From Candidatus Poribacteria bacterium (GTDB taxonomy: Bacteria; Poribacteria; WGA-4E; PCPOR2b), in NCBI GenBank assembly GCA_965215015.1, contig OZ244042.1, positions 1,952,001 through 2,016,000 of the forward strand: 64,000 nt of DNA, read 5' to 3'. The position numbers were made by a program, and so were the translations under genes. Below, in pieces: positions 39,253 to 49,217 of the stretch. Below the pieces are notes generated by a model. That model saw nothing but the letters and a program-made list of their open reading frames with translations. It did no database searches and had not been told where the DNA came from. The stretch's first letter is position 1, and every line of letters starts with the position of its first letter.

Positions 39253-39816
39253 TCACGGGGTGTCATTGAAACCTGCAGCAGGCCCGTTATCTTTGAGATT
39301 GGCGTCTGTTCGAGTTTCGGTGGCACGGGGTTTAGGGGTCGTAATATATGCTTCGTGTGCATCTTTAATCATCTCGATCGTCTCGGCGTAATTTAGCCAA
39401 CCGGATAATTCAAAGTAGGGTTCAAAAAACTGCACGATTCTTTTAAGCAACTTAACGTCCAAATCAGAAATATCCTTAACCGAAGTGTAACGCTCATCAC
39501 CCAACATCACACAGATGACATGATGATCTCGGTCCTTACGTTTTAACAGGCCGATCGGGCGCGCCTCACAGATGTAGCCGGGGTGACTCGCGTTACGAGC
39601 AATCACCATTGCGTTCAGGAAATGTCCATCTTCAGCGACTGTTTCCGGGATCCAACCGTATTCCGTTGGCACTGGCATACTAAATTCATACGCCAACCGA
39701 AATTTGCGGCTCTTCGCATGGTAGCGATATTTTTTCCGACTCCCTTTTGGTGCCTCGATAACAACATTGATGATTGAGGGTGCATGGCGTCCAAGTGAAA
39801 TATCTCGCAAGTTCAT
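39253..39816 (-). CDS. Family I inorganic pyrophosphatase homolog with substituted catalytic residues
   Basis: VIEAPKG..KY, YGWIP.T, RPIG, FFE.Y fold motifs, but DGDPLD is replaced by DGHFLN. Confidence 0.8.
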   Translation of the reverse strand: MNLRDISLGRHAPSIINVVIEAPKGSRKKYRYHAKSRKFRLAYEFSMPVPTEYGWIPETVAEDGHFLNAMVIARNASHPGYICEARPIGLLKRKDRDHHVICVMLGDERYTSVKDISDLDVKLLKRIVQFFEPYFELSGWLNYAETIEMIKDAHEAYITTPKPRATETRTDANLKDNGPAAGFNDTP

Positions 39817-40075
39817 TGTTCTTCCCTGCCTTTGAGCGTGTCCCATGAAAGTGGGGAAAGGTTACGGTAGCCGGCAACCTTAACAGACCGAAAATTCAAA
39901 GGAGGCAGTGCAGCACCTCCATAACCCATGAGGAAGGGAATGAATCATTCCATACCTCAACTCTTATCGAACAGGATAAAACCCAATGCAATTCATAAAT
40001 TCAATCCTAAGAATCCAATAAAATTCGCTCAAAAAGATTCAAGCGGTTACGTTTTGACTGACTAATAGTTTGCAC

Positions 40076-40104
40076 ATTATAGCACACCTCACTTAACCTT
40101 GCAA
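40076..40104 (-). promoter_or_regulatory. Sigma70-type promoter for the PPase-like/mtnA operon
   Basis: Minus strand TTGCAA-17bp-TATAAT with a TG extension. Confidence 0.65.
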
Positions 40105-40265
40105 TCGAAAAACAGGGCAGGTACAATTTCTCAGCGACCAATAGCCAAAGATCCAAATCCAAAGGTTTGTTTTCAGACCTATATTGGGGTATAATATCCT
40201 ATCAGTTTGACAGTTACCTGTGCCTTTATAACCCTTGATGCTAATTGTGAAAGGATTCAAATCAG

Positions 40266-41405
40266 ATGCCTGTACTCTGCATATCTCTATTGATTTTTAT
40301 CCTTAGCTCACAAATTGCTTTAAATCCCAATGTAACCGGTAAAGCAGTAGATATCCCCGATGTAAATCTGGAAGGTGCACTTCGGGCGCAGTTAGGTATC
40401 CCATCCGATCCGCTTACCGATACCGATTTGGCAGTGCTTACACATCTTTCGGTGATACACATCGAAATTGCCAATTTAACAGGATTGGAGTATTGTCGGG
40501 GTTTAGTGCATCTTAGCCTGATTGGCGTAAAAATCAAAGATATTCGTCCAATCGCAAAATTAAAAAACCTACGGTGGCTTGATCTGGGTAATAATCAGGT
40601 CAGCGATATTCAGCCAATCGCGGCCTTAAATAATCTACAATGGCTCGACCTAAACAACAATCAGATTCACGATATTCAGCCAATTACTGGACTAATACAT
40701 CTAGAACGGCTTGACTTGAATAATAATCAAATTGACGATGTTCAATCCCTCGCTAGATTGATAAATCTGGAGCGACTTTACCTGAATAATAACCGGATCC
40801 ACGATATCCGCTCCCTGGCAGGATTGATAAACTTGGAGAGTCTTGACCTGCCTAGGAATCAGATTCGTGATATTCAGTCACTCGGAGAGTTGAGAAATCT
40901 GAAATGGCTTTATCTGGACGAAAATCAAATTCGCGATATTCGCCCCATTGCAAAATTAGAAAACTTAGAAAGACTCTACCTAGAGACTAATCAAATTCGC
41001 GATGTAGGTCCGCTCGCCGGACTGAAAAATCTGTTTCGACTTAATCTGAACAGAAATCAGATTGACGACATTCGTTCGCTTGCAAAATCAGGAAACCTTG
41101 AGAGGCTTGAACTAATGGACAATCAAATCTCTGATGTGACCCCCCTCACAGAATTAATAAACCTGAAATGGCTTTATCTGGCGAAGAATCAAATCCGCGA
41201 TGTGACTCCTCTCGCAAAATTGGTAAACCTATATGAACTCAATCTGAAGGAGAATCAGATTCGTGATATTCACCCCTTGGTCAACAACCCAGGACTCGGA
41301 AGAGGTGACGTCATTTCCGTGGAATCCAATCCCTTGAATGAAGCCTCTATGGAGAATTATATTCACCGATTGAAAGCACGAGGCGTGCGTTTTTCTGATA
41401 ATTAA
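40266..41405 (+). CDS. Secreted internalin-like leucine-rich repeat protein
   Basis: IPD.NLE.ALR cap; 22-aa L..L.L..NQI.DI.PL repeats. Confidence 0.92.
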   Translation: MPVLCISLLIFILSSQIALNPNVTGKAVDIPDVNLEGALRAQLGIPSDPLTDTDLAVLTHLSVIHIEIANLTGLEYCRGLVHLSLIGVKIKDIRPIAKLKNLRWLDLGNNQVSDIQPIAALNNLQWLDLNNNQIHDIQPITGLIHLERLDLNNNQIDDVQSLARLINLERLYLNNNRIHDIRSLAGLINLESLDLPRNQIRDIQSLGELRNLKWLYLDENQIRDIRPIAKLENLERLYLETNQIRDVGPLAGLKNLFRLNLNRNQIDDIRSLAKSGNLERLELMDNQISDVTPLTELINLKWLYLAKNQIRDVTPLAKLVNLYELNLKENQIRDIHPLVNNPGLGRGDVISVESNPLNEASMENYIHRLKARGVRFSDN

Positions 41406-41449
41406 TTTAACATTTATAAAACTGTGGAGAACAGCTTGGAGGTTACAAC

Positions 41450-42595
41450 ATGGCTTACGATTTGCTAATCAAAGGTGGGACACTAATTGATCCCGCACAA
41501 AATATTCACGCAAACAAAGATGTGGCATTTTCAAACGGCCTTGTCGCAGAAGTCGGTGATGATTTGCCAAAGACAGACGCACATGAGGTATTGGATGCTA
41601 ATCGCTGCCTAGTTACGCCCGGCATGATTGATTTGCATGTTCATGTGTTCTACGGCGTCAGTCATTATGGTATCGAGCCCGACCCGACCTGTTTGGCAAA
41701 AGGGGCAACGACAGTGGTTGACGCCGGTTCGGCGGGGGCCGACATTTTTCCCGGCTTTCGCAAATACGTAATCGATGTCAGTGAAACCCGCATCTTCGCG
41801 CAAATCAATATCTCATCGCAGGGGATGCTGACACAAGAAATTGGCGAGTTCGAGATTCCTGAGTACGCCGATGTGGACAAAGCCTGTGCGATGATTGAAA
41901 AGCACCGTGATGTCATTTTGGGAGTGAAGGTGCGGTTGACAAAGCACAGTATTGTCAGTGAACGATCCGGCATGATTCCGCTGCACCACGCGCGTGAAGC
42001 AGCGGACGCAGCAGGGCTACCCATCATGGTGCACCCACAAGCTGCTTGGTGCGATTCCATAGATGATATCTTGGCGGTTATGGGCGAGCGGGACATCGTG
42101 ACACACTGCTTCCACGGAAGCGAATGTGGTATCTTGGACAACAACGGGAAGGTTCGTAAGTCGGTACATGAGGCGATGGCGCGCGGGGTTGTCTTTGATG
42201 TGGGGCACGGGGCAGGGTCTTTCTCCTGGGATATCGTTGAACAGACGATGAGCCAAGGGGTCGCCCCGCAAACCATCTCATCAGACCTGCACACTTACAA
42301 TGTCAACGGGCCCGTCTACGACCTCGCAAATGTTGTGACTAAGTTCCTCCATCTCGGCATGTCGCTTGACGACGCCATAGCGAAAGTTACCTCAATTCCG
42401 GCAGAGGTCATTCTGATGACGGACAAAATCGGCACACTCGCGCCCGGTGCATGGGGAGACGCGATTATCTCTGAACTGCGCGAAGGCGAATTCCAATTGG
42501 TTGATTCGCGTGGCGAGACCCGTATCAGCAGACAGAACTTTGTGCCGGTTACCGTCGTCAAGGGCGGGCGGGTGTATCGGCAAAGGGCGAATTAA
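41450..42595 (+). CDS. Amidohydrolase/deacetylase family metallohydrolase (dihydroorotase-like)
   Basis: PGMIDLHVH, VDAGSAG, GVKVR, MVH, THCF, FDVGHGAGSF, ISSDLH. Confidence 0.88.
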   Translation: MAYDLLIKGGTLIDPAQNIHANKDVAFSNGLVAEVGDDLPKTDAHEVLDANRCLVTPGMIDLHVHVFYGVSHYGIEPDPTCLAKGATTVVDAGSAGADIFPGFRKYVIDVSETRIFAQINISSQGMLTQEIGEFEIPEYADVDKACAMIEKHRDVILGVKVRLTKHSIVSERSGMIPLHHAREAADAAGLPIMVHPQAAWCDSIDDILAVMGERDIVTHCFHGSECGILDNNGKVRKSVHEAMARGVVFDVGHGAGSFSWDIVEQTMSQGVAPQTISSDLHTYNVNGPVYDLANVVTKFLHLGMSLDDAIAKVTSIPAEVILMTDKIGTLAPGAWGDAIISELREGEFQLVDSRGETRISRQNFVPVTVVKGGRVYRQRAN

Positions 42596-42706
42596 CATAA
42601 CCCAAGTTGCTATCTGACAATTGGAATCTCCTCATGGCCACAGAGCCTGCCCTCAATTCATTGGGGTTGGTCCCTGCACCATGACGGGGTTAACGGCGAT
42701 AGGAAT

Positions 42707-43030
42707 GTGCCTTTAAAAGCACTTGCCAAAATCCTATGGAATGGCGGGGCAACATGGAAAACCGTCTACGACACCGCCAGTGCGAAGGCAAAATCACTTG
42801 ACCTCAAAGCAGCCGCCTTGCGAACGATCCAACGCTGGGTGAATACACACGAGCCAGGCCCCACCGAACCCGAGGTTCAACCCCCGCAACCCGAAGCCAT
42901 CGAATATATTGGGGAGGGCAGCGTCGCCTTCATCGAATCTCTCTTGACCCTTGGGACACCGACACATCGCAAATATCGCACGACCCTTGGACCGCCAGCC
43001 TCGAAAAAAGGGCAGGAAATGACGCAATAG
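42707..43030 (+). CDS. Hypothetical protein or fragment with an HTH-like LRTIQRWV motif
   Basis: ORF starts inside the terminal repeat, so the start is doubtful. Confidence 0.35.
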   Translation: MPLKALAKILWNGGATWKTVYDTASAKAKSLDLKAAALRTIQRWVNTHEPGPTEPEVQPPQPEAIEYIGEGSVAFIESLLTLGTPTHRKYRTTLGPPASKKGQEMTQ

Positions 43031-43313
43031 GCGGTTCCGTGAGTGGCAGTTTTATGTCTTGTCGAAAAGACTTTCAACAAGATCTTATAACGTTCTGCGT
43101 CTGTTAGGGCGTTTGGCTTTGAAGGTCGAAAGTCTTAAGGGGAATAAAAGAAGGGAGGTCCAGTGGATGTCCGTTTAATCCGGGGTGTGTAAAGGGCAAT
43201 GCGAAAAGCCCTGAGGTTGATGGCTACGGTTGATCGAAAGATTTTGAGAACTATCCTGAAGGGACATTACCCGTCAGATTTTTATGCCTTTTATCGGAAC
43301 CCGTTACCACGCA

Positions 43314-43715
43314 TCAACCACCAGACGACTTAGAGGCATGTACAAAGTAAGCAGTACCGTACCGATTGTGCCCCGAAGCCCACGCACTCGATCGCGCATT
43401 TGACGCGCTTGAGGTGTAATCTCTCGCTCGCCTTACCCGAGTACTCAATCCGTTTCGGTAATGTCCGGCACCGCCGGCATATTTACTTCCTGATACCGCG
43501 GATATTTCCCATACTCCATGCTTTGCCGACCGTGATGCCCAAGCCTTTCCCTTCGCTACTGTCTGTGATCGCTTTTTGTATACATCAGCCTCAGCTGTCA
43601 GCAGGCGATTAGTGTCTATGTCTGCAGCACCCATCGCCAATCTGAAAACAAAGCCCATCGTAGAAAAAGTAACCAAAAAACAAGTAATCAAACTAACCCA
43701 AAAACGTTTACGCAT
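43314..43715 (-). CDS. Small secreted basic Ser/Ala/Gly-rich protein
   Basis: Signal peptide; RBS AAGGAG; translationally close to the upstream gene. Confidence 0.75.
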   Translation of the reverse strand: MRKRFWVSLITCFLVTFSTMGFVFRLAMGAADIDTNRLLTAEADVYKKRSQTVAKGKAWASRSAKHGVWEISAVSGSKYAGGAGHYRNGLSTRVRRARDYTSSASNARSSAWASGHNRYGTAYFVHASKSSGG

Positions 43716-43726
43716 TTTATTTCTCC

Positions 43727-44503
43727 TTATTGGTTGAGATTCAAAAAAGTGTAAGGATCAATTGCATCTGAATCATAATCAAGCACGGTGATGCCGGCCG
43801 GAATAATTCCTTCCCCTAAATCATCATAGTCCCTATCCGACACCCCCTCACCCCCCGATATGGATTCCGCATATCGGCTAGTCCTCCCATCTTCTTCCTC
43901 AAAGTATTCCCATCGGACATAAACCGTATTGGAAAATGATGGATAGACGAGCCCATTCTCCATTGACGCAGAGGTGGCACGATGTCCCTGATTCCAGAGT
44001 TTAATTAAAATCCGATCCATCAATTCTGCCGCTTTCATCGCCTCACTCCCAAACTGAGATATATTTTCGTCCATATCCTCTTCCCAAATGACATCTTCAG
44101 GATAATCTGAAGGCACTTCGGGATAGGGACCGAAGCCAAAGGAGGACACCGGCTGCGTCTCCTCTACGACTTCAGTCGTCAACAGGGCTATCTCCTCATC
44201 CGATAGCTCTGCCAAGAAATCATCGGCCGACTCGACCGCCGTAGGCGGAACTGTAGCCTTTGATTCAATCGCACCGGTCTTTTCGGAATCTGAAGCAACG
44301 GGTGCCCCTTCACCGTGATGCGCGGCGTCGTAGGAAGAATGGTCATGTTGCCCCTCAATTGAACGATTAAAGGCCTGAGCATCTGACAAATCCGTCTTAA
44401 GCTTAACATAGCCTTGGTATTCCCTATAGGTGACATAAAAGGTAAAAATAAACGCAACAATACACCCCCCAACAATATAGGGGATAAAACCACGTTTTAA
44501 CAT
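43727..44503 (-). CDS. Membrane-anchored acidic hypothetical protein, distant relative of the 33541-36704 family
   Basis: N-terminal TM; FGFGPYPEVP.DYP, VYPSFSNTVYV, GIIPAGITVLDYD; RBS GGGAGG. Confidence 0.8.
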   Translation of the reverse strand: MLKRGFIPYIVGGCIVAFIFTFYVTYREYQGYVKLKTDLSDAQAFNRSIEGQHDHSSYDAAHHGEGAPVASDSEKTGAIESKATVPPTAVESADDFLAELSDEEIALLTTEVVEETQPVSSFGFGPYPEVPSDYPEDVIWEEDMDENISQFGSEAMKAAELMDRILIKLWNQGHRATSASMENGLVYPSFSNTVYVRWEYFEEEDGRTSRYAESISGGEGVSDRDYDDLGEGIIPAGITVLDYDSDAIDPYTFLNLNQ

Positions 44504-44672
44504 TAGAGTTACCTCCCTTAAAAACCCTTACCCACCACAATGTGGTGGGTAAGGAAATGACCAGAGATAAAGCCTTCGATACCAGCGACAGAGGCCCACT
44601 GTTTGATAGCGTTGCGCGAAGATCTTATAACATTCTGCAACAAAGTCTGTTAGCGATCCGCTAACAGACGGT

Positions 44673-44960
44673 TTAAAACATGAATGCTATAGATCCTCCC
44701 CCGTTGACCGTCAATAGTGATTCTTGGATATGGTCACCCCTGACAATCCTTCGGAACAGCATACCCTTTTGGATGTTTGCCTTATCACGGTAAAGCCTTA
44801 TGATTTCCTGTGTGCGGTTCCCAATGAACAGCACCACGCCTTCATCTGTCTAGTCTGTCTTACTCGACTGGACGATTAGGGCGTTATCAGTCATAGCCTC
44901 GACGTTGACCGCCACCGCTTCAGAGATTCGCAACAGGCAATCGCTCATGAGCTGTATCAA
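44673..44960 (-). pseudogene. Tyrosine recombinase (Cre-like) fragment with an internal stop
   Basis: LIQLMSDCLLRISEAVAVNV...SKTD*TDEG..LFIG...GMLFRRIVRG; TAG at 44850-44852 replaces Q of SKTDQ. Confidence 0.75.
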
Positions 44961-45331
44961 CCCCCCGCAAGCGGAGGGAGGGTTCTTAGCGGGGGGATTC
45001 CCCTCCGCTGGTGGGGATTTAGGGTTCTCTGAAGCGAAAGCCAAGAGGAGGTGTGAGACTTTTTTAATCTGTTGATGCATTTCCAATCATATGTTAAAAT
45101 ATAGGAACGAAAAAGCCGACGCCGGCCACAGAAATCCCTAGATAATTCAACCCTTAGATTCCTAGAAAAGTGGTTAATTTTCTAGAAGTTAGTTAATTTT
45201 AACAGGAATGCCCGTTTAAGTTAACCCTCAGCTCCATTAGTTTCCTATTTCCCGCACCAATACGCCACTCAGAAAAATTCTAATTTTATGCTTTCGCATG
45301 TTTATCAATAGCACAGGAAACCGATTATCTG

Positions 45332-45784
45332 TTGTCCGCTCAGGATGGATTGTTCTCGGATAAAAAACTTGAGGAGTTCACACAGGAGATTATTAAGTCA
45401 CAACGGCAGGTCACAGGGATTCTCGATGAAATTCAACCACACGAACTCTATCCCAAAAACCGACTGGAACAATCGGAGTTACAACGCATCCTAACGGATT
45501 GGCAATCCACACCCGCTGCGACGTTTGCCTCCGATGTGATCGACGCACTGGAGAAATCCTTAAAACCAAACTATCAACGCATTCGGGAGATTGTCAAAGG
45601 ACTGAGCGAAAGTGAACAACGAATGATTGTTGATGCGTTTATGAAAATACGGTTAACGGGAAAAGTCTCCTTTGAGGAAAGCGATAAAATCATAGATGAT
45701 GAAGACGTCATCCAAGCTCAGGGAGTCTTTCGGTCAAAAAGCGGTCATGAGATTTACATCGCCACAACAGAGGAGAATCAGTAG
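45332..45784 (+). CDS. Hypothetical protein (possibly a fragment)
   Basis: 150-aa helical ORF with a TTG start; no recognisable motif. Confidence 0.5.
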   Translation: MSAQDGLFSDKKLEEFTQEIIKSQRQVTGILDEIQPHELYPKNRLEQSELQRILTDWQSTPAATFASDVIDALEKSLKPNYQRIREIVKGLSESEQRMIVDAFMKIRLTGKVSFEESDKIIDDEDVIQAQGVFRSKSGHEIYIATTEENQ

Positions 45785-46226
45785 AAGTTGACAGACATGA
45801 GACTGCTCAACGTCTTCCGAAAAGAGATTGATGCCAGTGTGCTTTTAATGTTGTGAATCTTTAAGCGATCGGCAACATGATTCAAGAAGGAATTTCACGA
45901 CAAAAGATTGGTAGATTAATAAGCAGCGCAGGGGCCGACATTTTGGCACGCACTACTAATACTACTAATAAGGGGCCTTTTAGGCAGGCGGGCCAAAATG
46001 TCATCTAAAAAAAGGCGATAGGAATACGCCTTTAAAGGCACTTGCCAATTGGTCCCTGCACCATGACGGAGGATAACCCCATTTTCTGATTGTCCATTCC
46101 CCTAATTTCTATAACAGGTGCAATTTCCCTAGCAACTTAAGTTAAGAAAGAGCACGCCTGTCGTGACAACTTTAACCGCTTTTTCTAGCCTCCGGAGATT
46201 TATCCGAATAACGAAAGAAAATAATA

Positions 46227-47636
46227 ATGAATCTAATACGCTCCAAACCGGGCGACCTAATCCTGACACCTTTTCTTCTTGAAACAAAAGAAGGCAAGCC
46301 GATTACGGCGGAATGGGGACGCCTCATCGCCCCAGAAAATCGATCGCAACCCAAAGGCAACCTTATCGAGCTCCCATTCGTTCGCTTCAAAGCCACTACC
46401 ACAGAAAAAAGAACACCAATCTTCTCTTTGGCTGGAGGTCCCGGAGATGAGACCCTCGGCAACTTGACATACATGTTGCCGTATGTGCCAACATTTCAAG
46501 CCCTTGGTGATCTGATTATTCCAGAGCCGCGTGGAGTCGGTTTTTCTCGACCCTGTCTCGCTTGCCCTGGAGCTTACCATCTCCCGCTCGATAAACCGTT
46601 AGACTATGATATGCTGGTCAAGACAGAACGAGAATATATGGTCAACTGTGCCAAGTTTTGGAAGGAACAAGGCATAGATTTGTCCGGCTATAATGTTCGG
46701 GAGATGGCAGCCGACGTGGATGCCATACGACAGGCCTTGGGATACCACAAAATCAACTTATTTGGCGGGAGTTTTGGATCCCATCATGGATTGGCGGTGC
46801 TTAGGTACCATGGAGAACATATCGAACGAGCAGTTCTATCCAGTGTCGAAGGGCCAAACCACACGATCAAACTGCCAAGTAATATTCAACACCATCTCGA
46901 AAAATTGGCTTCCATGGTAAAGGCGGACCCGCAGTTGAGCCGGGATATTCCCGATCTTCTAAAACTGATCGGGACGGTGCTTGAACGGTTGGAACAAGCA
47001 CCCGTGACGGTCCAAGTCGAAGATCCTGAAACTGGCAGGACAGTTGCAGTAACGGTTGGGGCACTCGACTTGCAAGCGGCAACTGCCGGCGGGATGCGTA
47101 GTGTTCCATTTTTTCAAGCACTCCCCGCCTGTTACCATGCGATGGCTCAAGGGGACTTCTCTTGGTTGGCTGAACGTGCTTTAGAACATCGGAGAAATTG
47201 TCGAGCCAGGTTAATGCCGGCACTAGTTGATTGTGCATCTGGGGCGATGACGGAACGACGCACCAAAATTGAGAAAGAGGCAGATCAAACCTTATTGGGA
47301 GGCATTATCAACGGCGCACTATTCGATTACTGCGATAAGTTGGGAGGAATAGACCTGAATGACGAATTTCGGGAAGATCTTTATTCCGAAGTTCCAACGC
47401 TACTGGTCAGTGGTACCCTGGATGTAAGAACTCCGGTGAGCAACGCTGAAGAGGTGCTGAAGGGTCTGGTAAATGGACAACATTTAATCCTCGAAAATAT
47501 ATCCCATAGCCATGGGGACCTTGGTGACGAACAAATGCAGCAATTTCTCCATGCTGTTACCCAATTCCTGAAGGGCGAGCCGCTATCTACGACACGAATT
47601 GTCAACCCATTTCAGTTTAATCCAATAGCACCATAG
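46227..47636 (+). CDS. Alpha/beta hydrolase (tripeptidyl aminopeptidase/TAP-like)
   Basis: LAGGPG, PRGVGFS.P.L.C, nucleophile GGSFG, GTLDVRTP, ISH. Confidence 0.88.
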   Translation: MNLIRSKPGDLILTPFLLETKEGKPITAEWGRLIAPENRSQPKGNLIELPFVRFKATTTEKRTPIFSLAGGPGDETLGNLTYMLPYVPTFQALGDLIIPEPRGVGFSRPCLACPGAYHLPLDKPLDYDMLVKTEREYMVNCAKFWKEQGIDLSGYNVREMAADVDAIRQALGYHKINLFGGSFGSHHGLAVLRYHGEHIERAVLSSVEGPNHTIKLPSNIQHHLEKLASMVKADPQLSRDIPDLLKLIGTVLERLEQAPVTVQVEDPETGRTVAVTVGALDLQAATAGGMRSVPFFQALPACYHAMAQGDFSWLAERALEHRRNCRARLMPALVDCASGAMTERRTKIEKEADQTLLGGIINGALFDYCDKLGGIDLNDEFREDLYSEVPTLLVSGTLDVRTPVSNAEEVLKGLVNGQHLILENISHSHGDLGDEQMQQFLHAVTQFLKGEPLSTTRIVNPFQFNPIAP

Positions 47637-47768
47637 CGCAAGGAGCTCATTGGATTTTGGATGTGGACTGTTCGTATTGCTCCCAATGGCGTCCCACTTT
47701 TTTCAAAACAGCATTCACAAAACTGTCTAAGCACCTCTGATATTGGACATAACGAAAGCAGAAATAAT

Positions 47769-49217
47769 ATGGCATATTCCAGTCTGAGAGATTTTGTAAA
47801 AGAGTTAGAACAAGCCGGCGAATTAAAGCGGATTACAGCCGAAGTCTCCCCAAATCTTGAGATTACACAGATTACAGATCGGGTGAGTAAAGCGGAAGGA
47901 CCAGCACTGTTGTTTGAAAACGTTGAGGGAAGCGACATGCCGCTGCTAATCAACGCCTTTGGCTCCTATAAGCGGATGGCGATGGCACTTGGCGTTGGAG
48001 ATATGAATGAAATCGCCGATGAAATTGAAGGCATGATCCAGCTCGGCCCCCCCGAATCGCTGCTTGACAAAGTAAAACTCCTCGGCATTCTGAGCAAACT
48101 GACGAAATTCCCACCGAAAACGGTCAGGCGCGGGGCATGTCAGGAAGTGGTTTTGACCGACAAGCAAATTTCATTAGACCGCATCCCGCTCATCAAATGC
48201 TGGCCCCTTGATGCAGACAAATATATTACCTTGCCGCAGGTCTTTACGCACAGCCTGAAAACGGGCCAACGCAATGTAGGCACCTACCGGCTACAGAAAC
48301 TCAATGAACAAACGCTGGCAATGCACTGGCAGATCCACCATGATGGTGCCGGGCATCACCGCGAGTACCGCGAGGAAGGACAACGAATGCCCGTTGCTGT
48401 CGCTATCGGCGGCGACCCGATTATGTCCTATATCGGTACTGCACCCCTGCCAAGTGGCATTGATGAACTCCTGTTTGCAGGGTTTCTCCGCAAAGCCAAT
48501 GTCCGGATGGTCGCGTGCAAAACCATCGATATGTTGGTCCCCGCAGATGCGGACATCGTGATTGAAGGGTATATCGAACCGGACGAGGTCTGCATCGAGG
48601 GACCCTTTGGCGATCATACCGGCTACTACTCCCTGGCGGACGAATATCCCATCTTTCACATCACCGCTATCACACACCGTAAGCGGCCCATCTACCAAAC
48701 AATTATCGTCGGTAAACCGCCGATGGAAGATTGTTACATGGGCAAGGCAACGGAGCGCATCTTCATGCCTTTGATCCAGACACAACTGCCAGAGTTGGTC
48801 GATATGAACCTGCCACTGTTCGGTGTATTCCACAACTTTGCTTTAATTTCCATCGACAAACGTTACCCTTTCCATGCAAAGAAGATTATGCACAGCCTGT
48901 GGGGGCTTGGTCAACTGATGTTCAGCAAAATTATTATCGTTGTAGACAAAGATGTTGATGTCCAGAATGTCGACGAAGTGCTTTTCCGCGTCGGAAGCAA
49001 CGTCGATCCCAAGCGAGATGTGACCATCGTTGAGGGGCCAGTTGATGTGCTTGATCACGCAGCACCACTGATGGGAGCAGGATCAAAGATGGGGATTGAT
49101 GCAACAACCAAATGGCGGGCGGAAGGTTATCAGCGCGAATGGCCCGATGAAATCAAGATGTCTCAGGAAATCATCAATCTGGTGGACAAGCGATGGAAGG
49201 AATATGGAATCGGATAA
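47769..49217 (+). CDS. UbiD family decarboxylase (menaquinone futalosine-pathway type)
   Basis: GPALLFENV, RNVGTYRLQ, EGPFGDHTGYY, VGKPPMED, LDHA, GSKMGIDAT. Confidence 0.9.
   Translation: MAYSSLRDFVKELEQAGELKRITAEVSPNLEITQITDRVSKAEGPALLFENVEGSDMPLLINAFGSYKRMAMALGVGDMNEIADEIEGMIQLGPPESLLDKVKLLGILSKLTKFPPKTVRRGACQEVVLTDKQISLDRIPLIKCWPLDADKYITLPQVFTHSLKTGQRNVGTYRLQKLNEQTLAMHWQIHHDGAGHHREYREEGQRMPVAVAIGGDPIMSYIGTAPLPSGIDELLFAGFLRKANVRMVACKTIDMLVPADADIVIEGYIEPDEVCIEGPFGDHTGYYSLADEYPIFHITAITHRKRPIYQTIIVGKPPMEDCYMGKATERIFMPLIQTQLPELVDMNLPLFGVFHNFALISIDKRYPFHAKKIMHSLWGLGQLMFSKIIIVVDKDVDVQNVDEVLFRVGSNVDPKRDVTIVEGPVDVLDHAAPLMGAGSKMGIDATTKWRAEGYQREWPDEIKMSQEIINLVDKRWKEYGIG

Larger units (their letters stand above)
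42598..46144. mobile_element. MITE interrupted by a 3.4-kb integrative island bounded by a 21-bp direct repeat
   Basis: MITE TIRs at 42598-42612 and 46130-46144; TTGGTCCCTGCACCATGACGG at 42667-42687 and 46049-46069; inner 35-bp direct repeats at 42695-42729 and 46014-46048. Confidence 0.75.

Noticed and set aside
39817-40075. SAM-I riboswitch upstream of mtnA
   Set aside because: The characteristic ATCAAGAG..GAGGGA..GGCCC..GCAACC core is not present on the minus strand
43099-44669. Integron attC sites around the secreted pair
   Set aside because: GTTAG and CTAAC occur in the wrong order and spacing for RYYYAAC...GTTRRRY, and the recombinase relic is Cre-like rather than IntI-like
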